Source of the DNA: Candidatus Taylorbacteria bacterium RIFCSPHIGHO2_02_FULL_46_13
Lineage (GTDB): Bacteria; Patescibacteriota; Minisyncoccia; Phycocordibacterales; DSPV01
NCBI GenBank assembly: GCA_001821015.1
Contig: MHRQ01000012.1
Location: 3,459 to 38,428 of the forward strand
Length of the DNA stretch: 34,970 nucleotides
Reading direction: 5' to 3'
Positions 1-8,503 of the stretch are shown here, in pieces. Both the position numbers and the translations under genes were made by a program. How positions within the stretch are numbered: the stretch's first letter is position 1; the number at the start of each line of letters is the position of its first letter. A model generated the notes under the pieces. It did no database searches. It was not told the DNA's origin and saw nothing but the letters and a program-made list of their open reading frames with translations.

Positions 1-297
1 GCATTCGTGGTTGCGCTCGTTTGGTCCGTTGTCGTACTAAAAATTCCCACCGAGATAAGAGCTCGGCGGTTACGCAATTTTCTTCTGTTTTGTGTGCTCT
101 TCGCGGGGTCGGTAGTTTCGTATGAAGTTGCCGATTTCTACAAACTTCTTCCCAACGGTGGAATCCCGATCAGCTGCACTCCTGGAGCAAATCCCCTTGT
201 AACCCCGTGCTTTTACGGTATGCTCTTTTTCATCGCCTCGTTTGTGACCGCAATTTTCGCCACGCGGCGATTACGCACCACCATATCGGAAGTATAA
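1..297 (+). CDS. C-terminal part of an integral membrane protein, function unknown (open at the window edge)
   Basis: The frame is open from nt 1. Hydrophobic helices flank a loop with two Cys (SCTPGANPLVTPC). Stop TAA at 295-297. Confidence 0.5.
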   Translation, partial: AFVVALVWSVVVLKIPTEIRARRLRNFLLFCVLFAGSVVSYEVADFYKLLPNGGIPISCTPGANPLVTPCFYGMLFFIASFVTAIFATRRLRTTISEV

Positions 298-430
298 TGA
301 AAAAATATTTTAAACGATTAAAAACCATACATGTCATGGCCTCGGTCTGGTAACGGTTTCCTTTGCGTGTGGTTCGGTGTATAATTTCTTGAGTAGTCTG
401 GTTTTAATAATTTCATAAGGATATCTATAT

Positions 431-1432
431 ATGCAAAAGAACTATGCACTTTGGGCGGTTATCGCGGTAATTATTATTGGTGGAGCGATTTTCTTGATTA
501 AGGAGTCGGCAACGGAAAATGCTCTTCAAAATCAGGGGGACACGGTTCCCACTACAGAGACGAATACATCGGGCACGATAGAGGCGAGCGTATCTGCGCC
601 GGCAAAATCGAAAGATACTGGGCGTGTTATTTTCTCTATTACTGATGAAGCAGTCGGACTTGATACATTGCAATCCATCATGCTTACCGTAAACGAGCTC
701 TCGGTCCAGAGCTCGCAAGGTAGTTGGGTGAGCATTTCAAAAACACCCCGCACCTTTGACCTTCTTAATTTACACGAGAAGGCGCGTAACGAGCTACTCT
801 CTGATCTAAACTTAACGGCCGGCAGTTATACTAAAATACGTCTCTCCATTGGGAAAGTGGTGATCGTTTCGAAAGAGGGACTGAAAAATGTAGAAGCTAA
901 GTTGCCGTCGCAAACACTGACGTTCAATACAAAAATTGTTGTGGAAAAGGGCGGAACGTCAGGGGTTTCGTTTGACTTTGATTCTGGAAAAGCACTACAC
1001 CGCACGGGTGATGGAACAATACTATTCTTTCCGGTGGTTAAGTTGAATACACAGCACGGCATTGGTCTGGTGCAGATGTTGGGTGGTAATGTTGAGTTAC
1101 TCAACGGTCTCAGCGATTTCGATCAGACCTTGGGTGTGGACGAAAATGGAAATCTAAAAATCGGTTTTGCGTTGGCCGCGTCTACAAAACTTGAGCTTTT
1201 GGGAAACATTGTTCGCATTCTTCCGGCTGATGAAAAAGCTGCAGATCTCAAAGTCAGCGCGCAAACGGCGATAGATACCGCAATACAGAGCGGTTACATA
1301 TCCACCGCGCTTTCGGTACAGACTATCCTTCGAGAAAAAAGCCGTGTCTGGCAGATTGTCGGGACCAAGGGGGCTATGCTTGTGACCGTGTACGTTGATA
1401 TAAATACAGGAAAAGTGGTATCGGTGCAATGA
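431..1432 (+). CDS. N-terminally anchored extracytoplasmic protein, DUF4382-like core with a PepSY-like C-terminal domain
   Basis: 333-aa ORF with AAGGA upstream of the ATG and an N-terminal TM helix. The central region (RVIFSITDE...SWVSIS..PRTFDLL...GSYTKIRLSIG) resembles DUF4382. The tail (AIDTAIQSGY...VYVDINTGKVVSVQ) resembles PepSY. Confidence 0.7.
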   Translation: MQKNYALWAVIAVIIIGGAIFLIKESATENALQNQGDTVPTTETNTSGTIEASVSAPAKSKDTGRVIFSITDEAVGLDTLQSIMLTVNELSVQSSQGSWVSISKTPRTFDLLNLHEKARNELLSDLNLTAGSYTKIRLSIGKVVIVSKEGLKNVEAKLPSQTLTFNTKIVVEKGGTSGVSFDFDSGKALHRTGDGTILFFPVVKLNTQHGIGLVQMLGGNVELLNGLSDFDQTLGVDENGNLKIGFALAASTKLELLGNIVRILPADEKAADLKVSAQTAIDTAIQSGYISTALSVQTILREKSRVWQIVGTKGAMLVTVYVDINTGKVVSVQ

Positions 1433-1468
1433 CGCGCAATTATTAAGTTCGTATCAAAAAACACGAAA

Positions 1469-1518
1469 GTGGCCGCATGAAAACAGCATCTTTAGAGATG
1501 CTGTTTTCATGCGGCCAC
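1469..1518. terminator. Bidirectional terminator hairpin between convergent genes
   Basis: Perfect 22-bp inverted repeat GTGGCCGCATGAAAACAGCATC / GATGCTGTTTTCATGCGGCCAC with a 6-nt loop. Confidence 0.7.
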
Positions 1519-1598
1519 ACTCGCGAGTATGTCTGGACAAATCTTATTATTTTAAAAGGGGAGGCGGGCGACCGCATAACTGCAGGGTTTCATACCCT

Positions 1599-2762
1599 TT
1601 ATGCCACAAAACCCGCGCTTATTTCATCAGGGTGTTCTGTCTGTTCTCTTTTAGCACTGTACGCAGCGTCCCCGTTTTTATAGTAGGGAAATGATACGGT
1701 AACAGTCGTGCCGTGGTTCGGGGCACTTTTCACTGCAATTTTTCCATGATGTATTTTGACTAACTCGCTTACGATGGCTAGTCCAAGCCCGCTTGAACCA
1801 TGTTGTCGGTTTCGTGAACGTTCTGCACGGAAAAATGGCTCAAAAATGTGCGGCAGATCTTTACGTTCAATACCCATGCCCGTATCTTGGACGACAAAGA
1901 GTATATGGCCTTGGTAATCAGGCTCAATTAACACGGTAGCTTTCCCTCTGGCGGGCGTGTAGCTAATGGCGTTCTTGATGATATTGGTAGCAATCTGTCC
2001 GATTGCGGTGCTGTTGGCATAAATCATGCGAGGTGTTTTTTTGTATACGATGATTTCTACGCGTTTCTTTTTTGCTAGTTCTCGCAAGGAACGAATGGCC
2101 GCGTCGGCCACAACCCCAAGATCAATACTGCTAAAGTTCATCTGCTCAGGGCGAGTCCAGTTGCTGAATGTCAGGAGGTTATTGATAATCTCTGATGCAC
2201 GGTTCAGTTCGTCTATATTGCTATGTAGCACCCTCTGAACTTTTGGGTCAAGTGACGTGTCCATCAGCGATACTTCGCTGTTCGTTTTTATGATAGCGAT
2301 AGGGGTGCGGAGTTCGTGAGCGATGTCGCCAATGAAGCGTTTTTGAAACAGCAACGCGTTACGCGCTGGCGCGAGCGCGACTTTCGCTATGAAATAGCCA
2401 ACCAGTGTTGCCATCAGTGCGGTTGCAGCAAATACAATAACGAAGTTTCTCATCTGCGCGTTTTGTGCCGCTTGCGCGATGTCTGCTCCGTCCCCAGCAC
2501 TACCCGTGCTTAACTGGTCAATGACGCCCTGCAGGATAGTCCGTGTCAGTTCCTCGTACAAATAGTGGAATGCGTAGGCAACGAGGGCTAAAAGGGATGT
2601 GCCCAGTAAGACAATGCACCCAATAATATTCCACTGCGTACGGAAGATGAGATCTTGCTGATATTTACGCTTTAAGCCGATAGCCCACTCCGCGAACCGT
2701 TTCCAGTAGATCTTCGTGTTCGCGACCGAGCTTGTTTCTGAGATTTTTAACATGAACATCAA
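1599..2762 (-). CDS. Sensor histidine kinase (two TM helices, HisKA, HATPase_c)
   Basis: H-box IAHELRTPIAIIKTN. N/G boxes NIIKNAISYT, DTGMGI, GSSGLGLAIV. The start is uncertain: the ATG at 2762 overlaps the regulator gene by 98 nt and no ATG/GTG/TTG lies near the regulator stop. Confidence 0.9.
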   Translation of the reverse strand: MMFMLKISETSSVANTKIYWKRFAEWAIGLKRKYQQDLIFRTQWNIIGCIVLLGTSLLALVAYAFHYLYEELTRTILQGVIDQLSTGSAGDGADIAQAAQNAQMRNFVIVFAATALMATLVGYFIAKVALAPARNALLFQKRFIGDIAHELRTPIAIIKTNSEVSLMDTSLDPKVQRVLHSNIDELNRASEIINNLLTFSNWTRPEQMNFSSIDLGVVADAAIRSLRELAKKKRVEIIVYKKTPRMIYANSTAIGQIATNIIKNAISYTPARGKATVLIEPDYQGHILFVVQDTGMGIERKDLPHIFEPFFRAERSRNRQHGSSGLGLAIVSELVKIHHGKIAVKSAPNHGTTVTVSFPYYKNGDAAYSAKREQTEHPDEISAGFVA

Positions 2763-3335
2763 CTACGTTGCTAAATGATAAATAATTGAAATCCCATAAA
2801 TGGCTCAACAAATCTTCCCTATTGATGGCCTCATTGGGATGTCGTAGAAAGTATTCAAGCAACATGAATTCTTTTAGGGTGAGCGGCAGTAGGGTTTCTC
2901 CCTTGCGCGCCATTTGTTCGGAGGCATTGAGTTCAATGTCTCGAACACGAAGTACTATAGGAACCATAGGCGCCGGCCGTCTGTGCAAAGCATCGATCCG
3001 CGCACAAAGTTCATCGAACGAGAATGGTTTTACTACGTAATCATCGGCACCAGATGTAAGCAAGCGCACTTTTTCATCCGCTTCATCCCGCGCAGTGAGT
3101 ATGAGTATCGGGAGGGTGATAGTGCGCTCCCTGACTGTTTTACAGATGGTGGCACCATCCATACCCGGCAACATAAGGTCTAGAATCACCAGGTCGTAGT
3201 CGTTATGATGAAGAGATATCCTTGTTAATGCGGAGGTGCCGTCATACAGTGCGTCCACCGCGTGCCCTTTATGAGTCAAACCCTCTACGACGGCATCAGC
3301 TAGCTTTTTTCGTCTTCTACAAGAAGTATTCTCAT
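2665..3335 (-). pseudogene. OmpR/PhoB-family response regulator interrupted by a 1-nt frameshift in a homopolymer
   Basis: ATG at 3335 reads MRILLVEDEKS then stop. Shifting one base inside the run of six T (plus strand, 3305-3310) continues as KKLADAVVEGLTHKGHAVD...DLMLPGMDG...winged-helix C-terminus ending GYRLKA. Confidence 0.85.
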
Positions 3336-3527
3336 AATTTTGGTTTTTAGCTTATAGAGGCGCTATACACAATATCGTATAGCTCGGTCAGTGAAGGCTT
3401 CATGAAGCCCTTTGGTAGAGACGAATAGCAATGGCGTATATTACGGTTTATTTAGACTAGGATACCACTATTCCTAATTTGCCCTGCTAGTGCTATGATT
3501 AAAGGCGTTACTAAGTAATTAAAAAAT

Positions 3528-3782
3528 ATGGCAAAAGAGAACTCTGCTTTTATGAAGCCCCTGAATGTTAGCCCTGAGCTAGCAGCAGTCGTTGGAAATG
3601 GCCCAATGCCACGATCAGAAGTGGTCAAGAAACTGTGGGTATATATCAAGGCTAACAATCTTCAGGATTCAAAGGATAAGCGCCTTATCAATGCCGATGA
3701 AAAGCTCAAGAAAGTATTCGGCGGACAAGCACAGGTGCATATGATGAAAATGGCCGGACATCTTTCCAAACACCTATCCTAA
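3528..3782 (+). CDS. SWIB/MDM2 domain protein
   Basis: 84 aa. LSPELAAVVG..PMPRSEVVKKLWVYIKANNLQD..DKRLINADEKLKKVFG is the typical SWIB signature. Confidence 0.85.
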   Translation: MAKENSAFMKPLNVSPELAAVVGNGPMPRSEVVKKLWVYIKANNLQDSKDKRLINADEKLKKVFGGQAQVHMMKMAGHLSKHLS

Positions 3783-3799
3783 CTGAATTGCCACAGAAG

Positions 3800-3838
3800 C
3801 CCGCTTTGATTCTTGTAATCAGAGTGGGTTTTTGTTTT
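3800..3838 (+). terminator. Rho-independent terminator of the SWIB gene
   Basis: 12-bp stem CCCGCTTTGATT / AATCAGAGTGGG (with G-U pairs), a 5-nt loop, then TTTTTGTTTT. Confidence 0.7.
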
Positions 3839-3844
3839 GCTATG

Positions 3845-3932
3845 TTATTGCCAAGCGAGTGAGCGGAGAGAAAAAGTATCTTCTTTTCTCTCCCGAGCGA
3901 GCGATGGCAACAAAGGGTGTAATGCCCTTTAT
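3845..3932 (+). repeat. Intergenic hairpin repeat, copy 1 (REP/MITE-like, ~88 nt)
   Basis: TTATTGCCAAGCGAGTGAGCGGAGAGAAAAAGTATCTTCTTTTCTCTCCCGAGCGAGCGATGGCAACAAAGGG... Near-identical to 4263-4350 and to the reverse complement of 10152-10239. Confidence 0.9.
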
Positions 3933-3943
3933 TACCTGTCGAC

Positions 3944-3972
3944 TTGCAATATACCCCCTGGGGGTATATACT
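3944..3972 (+). promoter_or_regulatory. csoR promoter with an embedded CsoR operator
   Basis: -35 TTGCAA (3944-3949), 17-nt spacer, -10 TATACT (3967-3972). The spacer is filled by the palindrome ATATACCCCC-T-GGGGGTATAT (3949-3969). The ATG lies 8 nt after the -10 box. Confidence 0.75.
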
Positions 3973-3980
3973 CGGGTGAT

Positions 3981-4253
3981 ATGAATAAGCAAACACAGAA
4001 GGCCTTATTGAGCCGTTTACGCCGTATTGAAGGGCAAGTCCGTGGGCTTCAAAGGATGGTTGAGGAAGAAACGTATTGTGTTGACGTCATTACTCAAGCA
4101 TACGCAATCAAAAGCGCCTTGGGCGCTTTTGAAGGACTCATGTTAAAAAACCATCTTGAGACTCATGTTGCTGATCAGATGCGACATGGGAAAGAAAACA
4201 AAGCAGTTGGAGAAATTCTTAAGATTTACCGAGTATCGCAAAGAAAACAATAG
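3981..4253 (+). CDS. csoR: CsoR/RcnR-family copper-sensing transcriptional repressor
   Basis: 90 aa. RLRRIEGQVRGLQRMVEEETYCVDVITQ...H....M matches the DUF156 family, including the conserved Cys and His ligand positions. The longer ORF from 3837 reads through the repeat and is rejected. Confidence 0.9.
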   Translation: MNKQTQKALLSRLRRIEGQVRGLQRMVEEETYCVDVITQAYAIKSALGAFEGLMLKNHLETHVADQMRHGKENKAVGEILKIYRVSQRKQ

Positions 4254-4262
4254 CAAAGGTTT

Positions 4263-4350
4263 TTATTGCCAAGCGAGTGAGTGGAGAGAAAAAGTATCTT
4301 CTTTTTCTCTCCCGAGCGAGCGATGGCAACAAAGGGTTTAATATCCTTTA
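4263..4350 (+). repeat. Intergenic hairpin repeat, copy 2
   Basis: About 5 differences from copy 1. Perfect internal 12-bp stem GGAGAGAAAAAG / CTTTTTCTCTCC. Starts 10 nt after the csoR stop. Confidence 0.9.
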
Positions 4351-4388
4351 TCAACTAAAATTATCAGTTAATCAATTTTTTAATCACG

Positions 4389-4604
4389 ATGAAAAAATCT
4401 TCTTTGATCCACGGTGTGTCTATGGTAACCGGTATTTGGGGTGCGCTTGCGCTCGTTGGAGCATGGCTTGCGGGTGAAACCGGAACTATCTTTGGGTTTA
4501 CACAACAGCACTGTTTCTTTGATGCGATCGTGCTTGAACTCATTTCTGTTTCTGCCGGTGTGTGCGCTTTGTATCGTCGTCAATTAGAGCGTGAAATCCA
4601 ATAA
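4389..4604 (+). CDS. Small two-TM membrane protein, unknown function
   Basis: 71-aa ORF between csoR and the ATPase on the same strand. Two hydrophobic helices, three Cys. Confidence 0.6.
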   Translation: MKKSSLIHGVSMVTGIWGALALVGAWLAGETGTIFGFTQQHCFFDAIVLELISVSAGVCALYRRQLEREIQ

Positions 4605-4612
4605 CAATTTCA

Positions 4613-6688
4613 ATGGACTGTTGTGACCACATAAAACCAGATAAACCAGAAACACCACACGAGTACATCTCGGAAAGTCTTTACACGTGCCCCATGCATC
4701 CCGAAATCCAGCGCGAACAGCCCGGTATGTGTCCTGAATGTGGTATGGCGCTCGTGCCGGTAAGAGGTATGAAAAAAACGGGTCATGTTTCGCATGGGGA
4801 TCATAGCGATTTCAATAAACATGCGGGACATCGCACCTTGTCGTTTCTCACGAAGTTCTGGATATCGCTTGTCTTGACCTTACCAATCATCGCATATTCA
4901 GATCTACCTGCTATGTTTCTGCACTGGACCGCCCCCCAATTTGTTGGGTCGCAGTTTCTCTCGCTGATCCTTGGAAGTATTATCTTTTTTTACTGCGGAT
5001 GGATATTCCTCGCGAGCGCGTGGCGTGAATTGAAAGCACGCCTTCCGGGCATGATGACGCTCATTGCTCTTGCAATTACCACCGCCTACGTGTGGAGTGT
5101 GTATTCAACCCTCTCAGGTTCCGGCCATACTCTCTGGTGGGAGCTTTCTACGTTGATTGCGGTTATGCTTCTCGGCCACTGGATTGAGATGCGGGCAGTA
5201 CAGGGTGCACAGGGCGCTCTTAAAGAACTAGCAAAACTTCTTCCTGATACAGCAGAGGTTATTCGAGGTAGTCAGATTGTTATCGTTGCTCTAAACGAAC
5301 TTACCGTTGGTGACATCATAGTGGTTCGCCCCGGGGGAAAAGTGCCGGCTGACGGGAAGATTATTGGTGGACGTTCAGATTTGAATGAATCAATTATCAC
5401 CGGAGAATCAAGGCCTGTCCCCAAAACGGTGGGCCATGAAGTTATTGCCGGGGCAATCAACGGCGATGGCAGTCTCAATATTGAAGTCACGAAGATTGGC
5501 GAGAGTACCTTTCTGGCCGGTGTTATGCGTCTGGTTGCTGATGCCGAAGCGAGTAAATCAAAGCTACAGATGCTTTCTGATCGGGCCGCATTTTATTTAA
5601 CCATGGTGGCTGTTGGTGCCGGTGTCATAACGTTTGTTGCCTGGCTTATTGCGGGTGCCGGAACATCATTCGCTATTGAGCGATTGGTTGCCGTTCTTGT
5701 TATCGCGTGTCCGCACGCGCTGGGGCTTGCAATTCCCCTCGTTGCTTCAATTTCTACCACCATGGCTGCTCGAAATGGTCTCTTGATTCGCCAGCGTCTT
5801 GCGCTTGAGGCGGCTCGGAAAATTGATGTGGTACTGTTTGATAAGACAGGGACGCTTACCGAAGCGAAATTCAAAGTAACACTGGTGAGTTCTGACGAAG
5901 TTCTGGCTCTGGCCGCTTCGGTGAACGCGCACTCCGAACATCCGATTGCTAAAGCGATGGTGGAAGAAGCACAAAAGCGGTCGTTGCGACTTCAAGAAGT
6001 AAAAGATTTCAAGCGTGTGCCTGGCCGAGGGGCCGAAGGCACTCTGGCAGGCAAGCATATATTCGTCGGTACGAAAGGAGGTGATGATATTGTGGTGGAG
6101 CGCGAGGGAAGAATTATGGGGACGATATCGGTTGCAGATGCAGTCCGTCCGGAATCAAAAGAAGCGATTACTCGTCTGAAAAAAAGTGGAATCCGCGTGG
6201 CAATGATTACCGGCGACAGCGAAGAATCAGCTCGCCGCGTAGCAGGCGAGCTTGGATTGGATGAGTACTTTGCGCGGGTTCTTCCCGGAGACAAAGTTAA
6301 GAAAGTCCGCGAATTGCAGTCTCGGGGGCTCACTGTTGCTATGGTTGGTGATGGCATCAATGATGCACCGGCTTTGGCACAAGCCGACCTCGGCATTGCC
6401 ATCGGCGCAGGAACGAATGTTGCAATTGAATCTGCGGGCATCATTCTCGTTAAAAATGATCCGCGCGACATCTCCAAAATCATAACGCTCTCTAAACTGA
6501 CCTATGCAAAGATGATTCAGAATCTTTTTTGGGCCACGGGTTATAATCTAGTTGCCTTACCCGTGGCGGCGGGAGCGCTGGCTCCGTGGGGTGTTATTTT
6601 GCAACCGGCGGTGGCAGCTGTTTTCATGTCACTCTCCACTGTTATTGTCTCCGTAAATGCGGTACTCTTGAGAAATAGGCGTCTCTAA
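4613..6688 (+). CDS. copB: P1B-type copper-translocating ATPase, CopB-like (CPH motif)
   Basis: Motifs DKTGTLT, TGES, GDGINDAPAL and the TM motif ACPHALGLAIP (CPH). N-terminus: MDCCDH, CPMHPE...CPECGM, and the His-rich stretch HVSHGDHSDFNKHAGH. No ferredoxin-like CxxC HMA domain. Confidence 0.92.
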   Translation: MDCCDHIKPDKPETPHEYISESLYTCPMHPEIQREQPGMCPECGMALVPVRGMKKTGHVSHGDHSDFNKHAGHRTLSFLTKFWISLVLTLPIIAYSDLPAMFLHWTAPQFVGSQFLSLILGSIIFFYCGWIFLASAWRELKARLPGMMTLIALAITTAYVWSVYSTLSGSGHTLWWELSTLIAVMLLGHWIEMRAVQGAQGALKELAKLLPDTAEVIRGSQIVIVALNELTVGDIIVVRPGGKVPADGKIIGGRSDLNESIITGESRPVPKTVGHEVIAGAINGDGSLNIEVTKIGESTFLAGVMRLVADAEASKSKLQMLSDRAAFYLTMVAVGAGVITFVAWLIAGAGTSFAIERLVAVLVIACPHALGLAIPLVASISTTMAARNGLLIRQRLALEAARKIDVVLFDKTGTLTEAKFKVTLVSSDEVLALAASVNAHSEHPIAKAMVEEAQKRSLRLQEVKDFKRVPGRGAEGTLAGKHIFVGTKGGDDIVVEREGRIMGTISVADAVRPESKEAITRLKKSGIRVAMITGDSEESARRVAGELGLDEYFARVLPGDKVKKVRELQSRGLTVAMVGDGINDAPALAQADLGIAIGAGTNVAIESAGIILVKNDPRDISKIITLSKLTYAKMIQNLFWATGYNLVALPVAAGALAPWGVILQPAVAAVFMSLSTVIVSVNAVLLRNRRL

Positions 6689-6692
6689 ATGT

Positions 6693-7106
6693 ATGTATTC
6701 CACATCTAAACAAATTATCTCGGTGATGATCCTGATATCGTTCCTGACGATTGTGTTTCTAAGTGTTGTAGCCATGTTACATATGCCAGATGGAGATATG
6801 TCTGGCGACTGTCCATTCTCTGCACTAGGAGACTCGCTTTGTCCACAGGATGCGGTAACGGTTGCTCTCCACCACATATCTGCGTACCAGTCATTTTTCA
6901 ATGTGCCCGTTGGTTCGGGTCAGACGGCACTGATTATTTCCTTACTTCTTGCCACCTACGCGATGCTCGTAATCGGTATACGTTCTCCGTTACGTGGGCC
7001 GCCCGCTACTGTGCGTCTTGTCTATGGTTCTCCACCGGTTAATTCTTATGAAAGGAAAATAACTCGCTGGCTGTCTTTGTTTGAAAACAGCCCCTCTACC
7101 TACTAA
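6693..7106 (+). CDS. Membrane protein with a Met/His/Cys-rich loop, unknown function
   Basis: 137 aa, starts 5 nt after the copB stop. Loop MLHMPDGDMSGDCPFSALGDSLCPQD sits between hydrophobic helices. Confidence 0.6.
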   Translation: MYSTSKQIISVMILISFLTIVFLSVVAMLHMPDGDMSGDCPFSALGDSLCPQDAVTVALHHISAYQSFFNVPVGSGQTALIISLLLATYAMLVIGIRSPLRGPPATVRLVYGSPPVNSYERKITRWLSLFENSPSTY

Positions 7107-7166
7107 GAGCACTTAAAAAGTTCTGCTTTTTAAGTGCTCACGCTCGCGCCCGTTCGCGAGTTTTTT
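7107..7166 (+). terminator. Tandem hairpins ending the copper ATPase operon
   Basis: Perfect 14-bp stem GAGCACTTAAAAAG / CTTTTTAAGTGCTC (7107-7139). Then CTCGCG-loop-CGCGAG followed by TTTTTT (7143-7166). Confidence 0.7.
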
Positions 7167-7199
7167 CGTTTCTTATTCTTCTCATCTAATACAGTTCGT

Positions 7200-7718
7200 A
7201 TGAAACCAAAAACAATTGTTAACGTTCTCGTTGTCAGCTTTGTACTGATAGGTCTCTTTGTTTGGGGTTATACTCAGAAAGAAGCCACTACGGCATCCGT
7301 TCAGGGAGTTGGAGGGGCGTCCTCATCTAAAAGCGCTCTTGTGGTGTCTGAAACCATTTATGATTTTGGCACCATCTCTATGAAGGGTGGAGATGTCACT
7401 ACAGAGTTCACCATTACTAATCCGACCGACCGCGATATTATCATCAGCACGGTGGTTACCTCCTGTATGTGCACGACCGCGTTCATCGTAGATCCGAACG
7501 GGGGGGCTAAAGGTCCGTTCGGCATGCCCGGACACGGGGGGGCGGTACCGCCGGCCAATGAGATTATAAAAGCCGGTGAGAACCGCACCATCCGTGTCGT
7601 CTATGATCCCAATGCCCACGGTCCTGCGGGAATAGGTGCGATTGACCGTTTCGTCGTGCTGACTGACACATTAGGCGGCACGCTAGAGCTTGAGATAAAG
7701 GCGCTGGTAACTCCATAA
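7200..7718 (+). CDS. DUF1573 domain protein, N-terminally anchored
   Basis: YDFGTISMKGGDVTTEFTITNPTDRDIIISTVVTSCMCTT is the DUF1573 signature. Start moved to MKPKTIV at 7200, downstream of the terminators. Confidence 0.8.
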   Translation: MKPKTIVNVLVVSFVLIGLFVWGYTQKEATTASVQGVGGASSSKSALVVSETIYDFGTISMKGGDVTTEFTITNPTDRDIIISTVVTSCMCTTAFIVDPNGGAKGPFGMPGHGGAVPPANEIIKAGENRTIRVVYDPNAHGPAGIGAIDRFVVLTDTLGGTLELEIKALVTP

Positions 7719-7722
7719 CGGT

Positions 7723-8502
7723 ATGAAAAAACTTATTATCAGTATCGGGATAGTGCTTATTGCAATTCTTGGGATTGTGACGCTAAAATATAGCCCCGGG
7801 TTTTCGTCCTTTCTTTGGAGTGCAAGTCAGGGTGGAGTTTGGCTCTTGCCCTTAGTGGCCTTCTCGGCGCTTCTAGATAGCGTCCATCCGTGCTCGTTCT
7901 CAATCTTGCTCATCACCATCGCGTTTCTGTTTGGCCTGCAAATGACCAGAAGAAAGATTCTCCAGATTGGCGGGCTCTATATCGCTGGCATATTTGCAGC
8001 TTACTTCACGATCGGCATCGGCTTGTTACAGGTGCTCCATATCTTCAACACGCCGCACTTCATGGGCAAGCTGGGCGCGACGATGCTCATCCTATTTGGG
8101 CTTCTGAATCTTTTCGGTGCGCTTTTCCCAAAATTTCCGATCAAGCTCAAAATTCCGGACGCGGCACACCGCTCTATTGGCACACTCATCAATACAATCT
8201 CTCTGCCAGCAGCTTTTGCGCTTGGTCTGTTGGTCGGACTCTGTCAATTCCCCTGCATGGGTGGCCCGTATCTAATGGTTATTGGGCTTCTCCATGACCA
8301 GATGACATACTTCAAAGGTTTCGGCTACCTTGTCCTGTACAACGTAATTCTTGTTGCACCGCTCGTTGCGACTCTGTGGATTGCTGCCAATCCCGTACTT
8401 ATTGACCGTATCAAGGAGTGGAAACAGACCCAGATGAAAAATGTGCATCTCTACGCTGGCATCGCCATGATCATTATCGGCATCTTAGTGCTGTTCATCT
8501 AA
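7723..8502 (+). CDS. CcdA/DsbD-like transmembrane thiol-disulfide electron transporter
   Basis: 259-aa polytopic protein. Membrane-embedded Cys occur in HPCSFSIL and CQFPCMGGP, as in the cytochrome c biogenesis DsbD-type transmembrane region. Confidence 0.75.
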   Translation: MKKLIISIGIVLIAILGIVTLKYSPGFSSFLWSASQGGVWLLPLVAFSALLDSVHPCSFSILLITIAFLFGLQMTRRKILQIGGLYIAGIFAAYFTIGIGLLQVLHIFNTPHFMGKLGATMLILFGLLNLFGALFPKFPIKLKIPDAAHRSIGTLINTISLPAAFALGLLVGLCQFPCMGGPYLMVIGLLHDQMTYFKGFGYLVLYNVILVAPLVATLWIAANPVLIDRIKEWKQTQMKNVHLYAGIAMIIIGILVLFI

Positions 8503-8503
8503 T

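Noticed and set aside
3837-3980. N-terminal 48 codons of the 138-aa ORF that contains csoR
   Set aside because: This part simply reads through repeat copy 1 and the operator. A similar translated sequence appears in another frame from copy 2 (ORFs at 4156 and 4277). The family-typical CsoR protein starts at the ATG at 3981.
5992-6483. 163-aa antisense ORF inside copB. Similar long antisense ORFs: 12063-12713 and 12122-12562 in typA, 28596-29051 and 29110-29505 in atpA, 29958-30446 in atpF, 21145-21519 in ccdA, 9769-10179 opposite the Cys-rich gene
   Set aside because: These are shadow ORFs opposite strongly supported conserved genes. Their translations are low-complexity and rich in Arg, Ser and Pro, and they have no start context.
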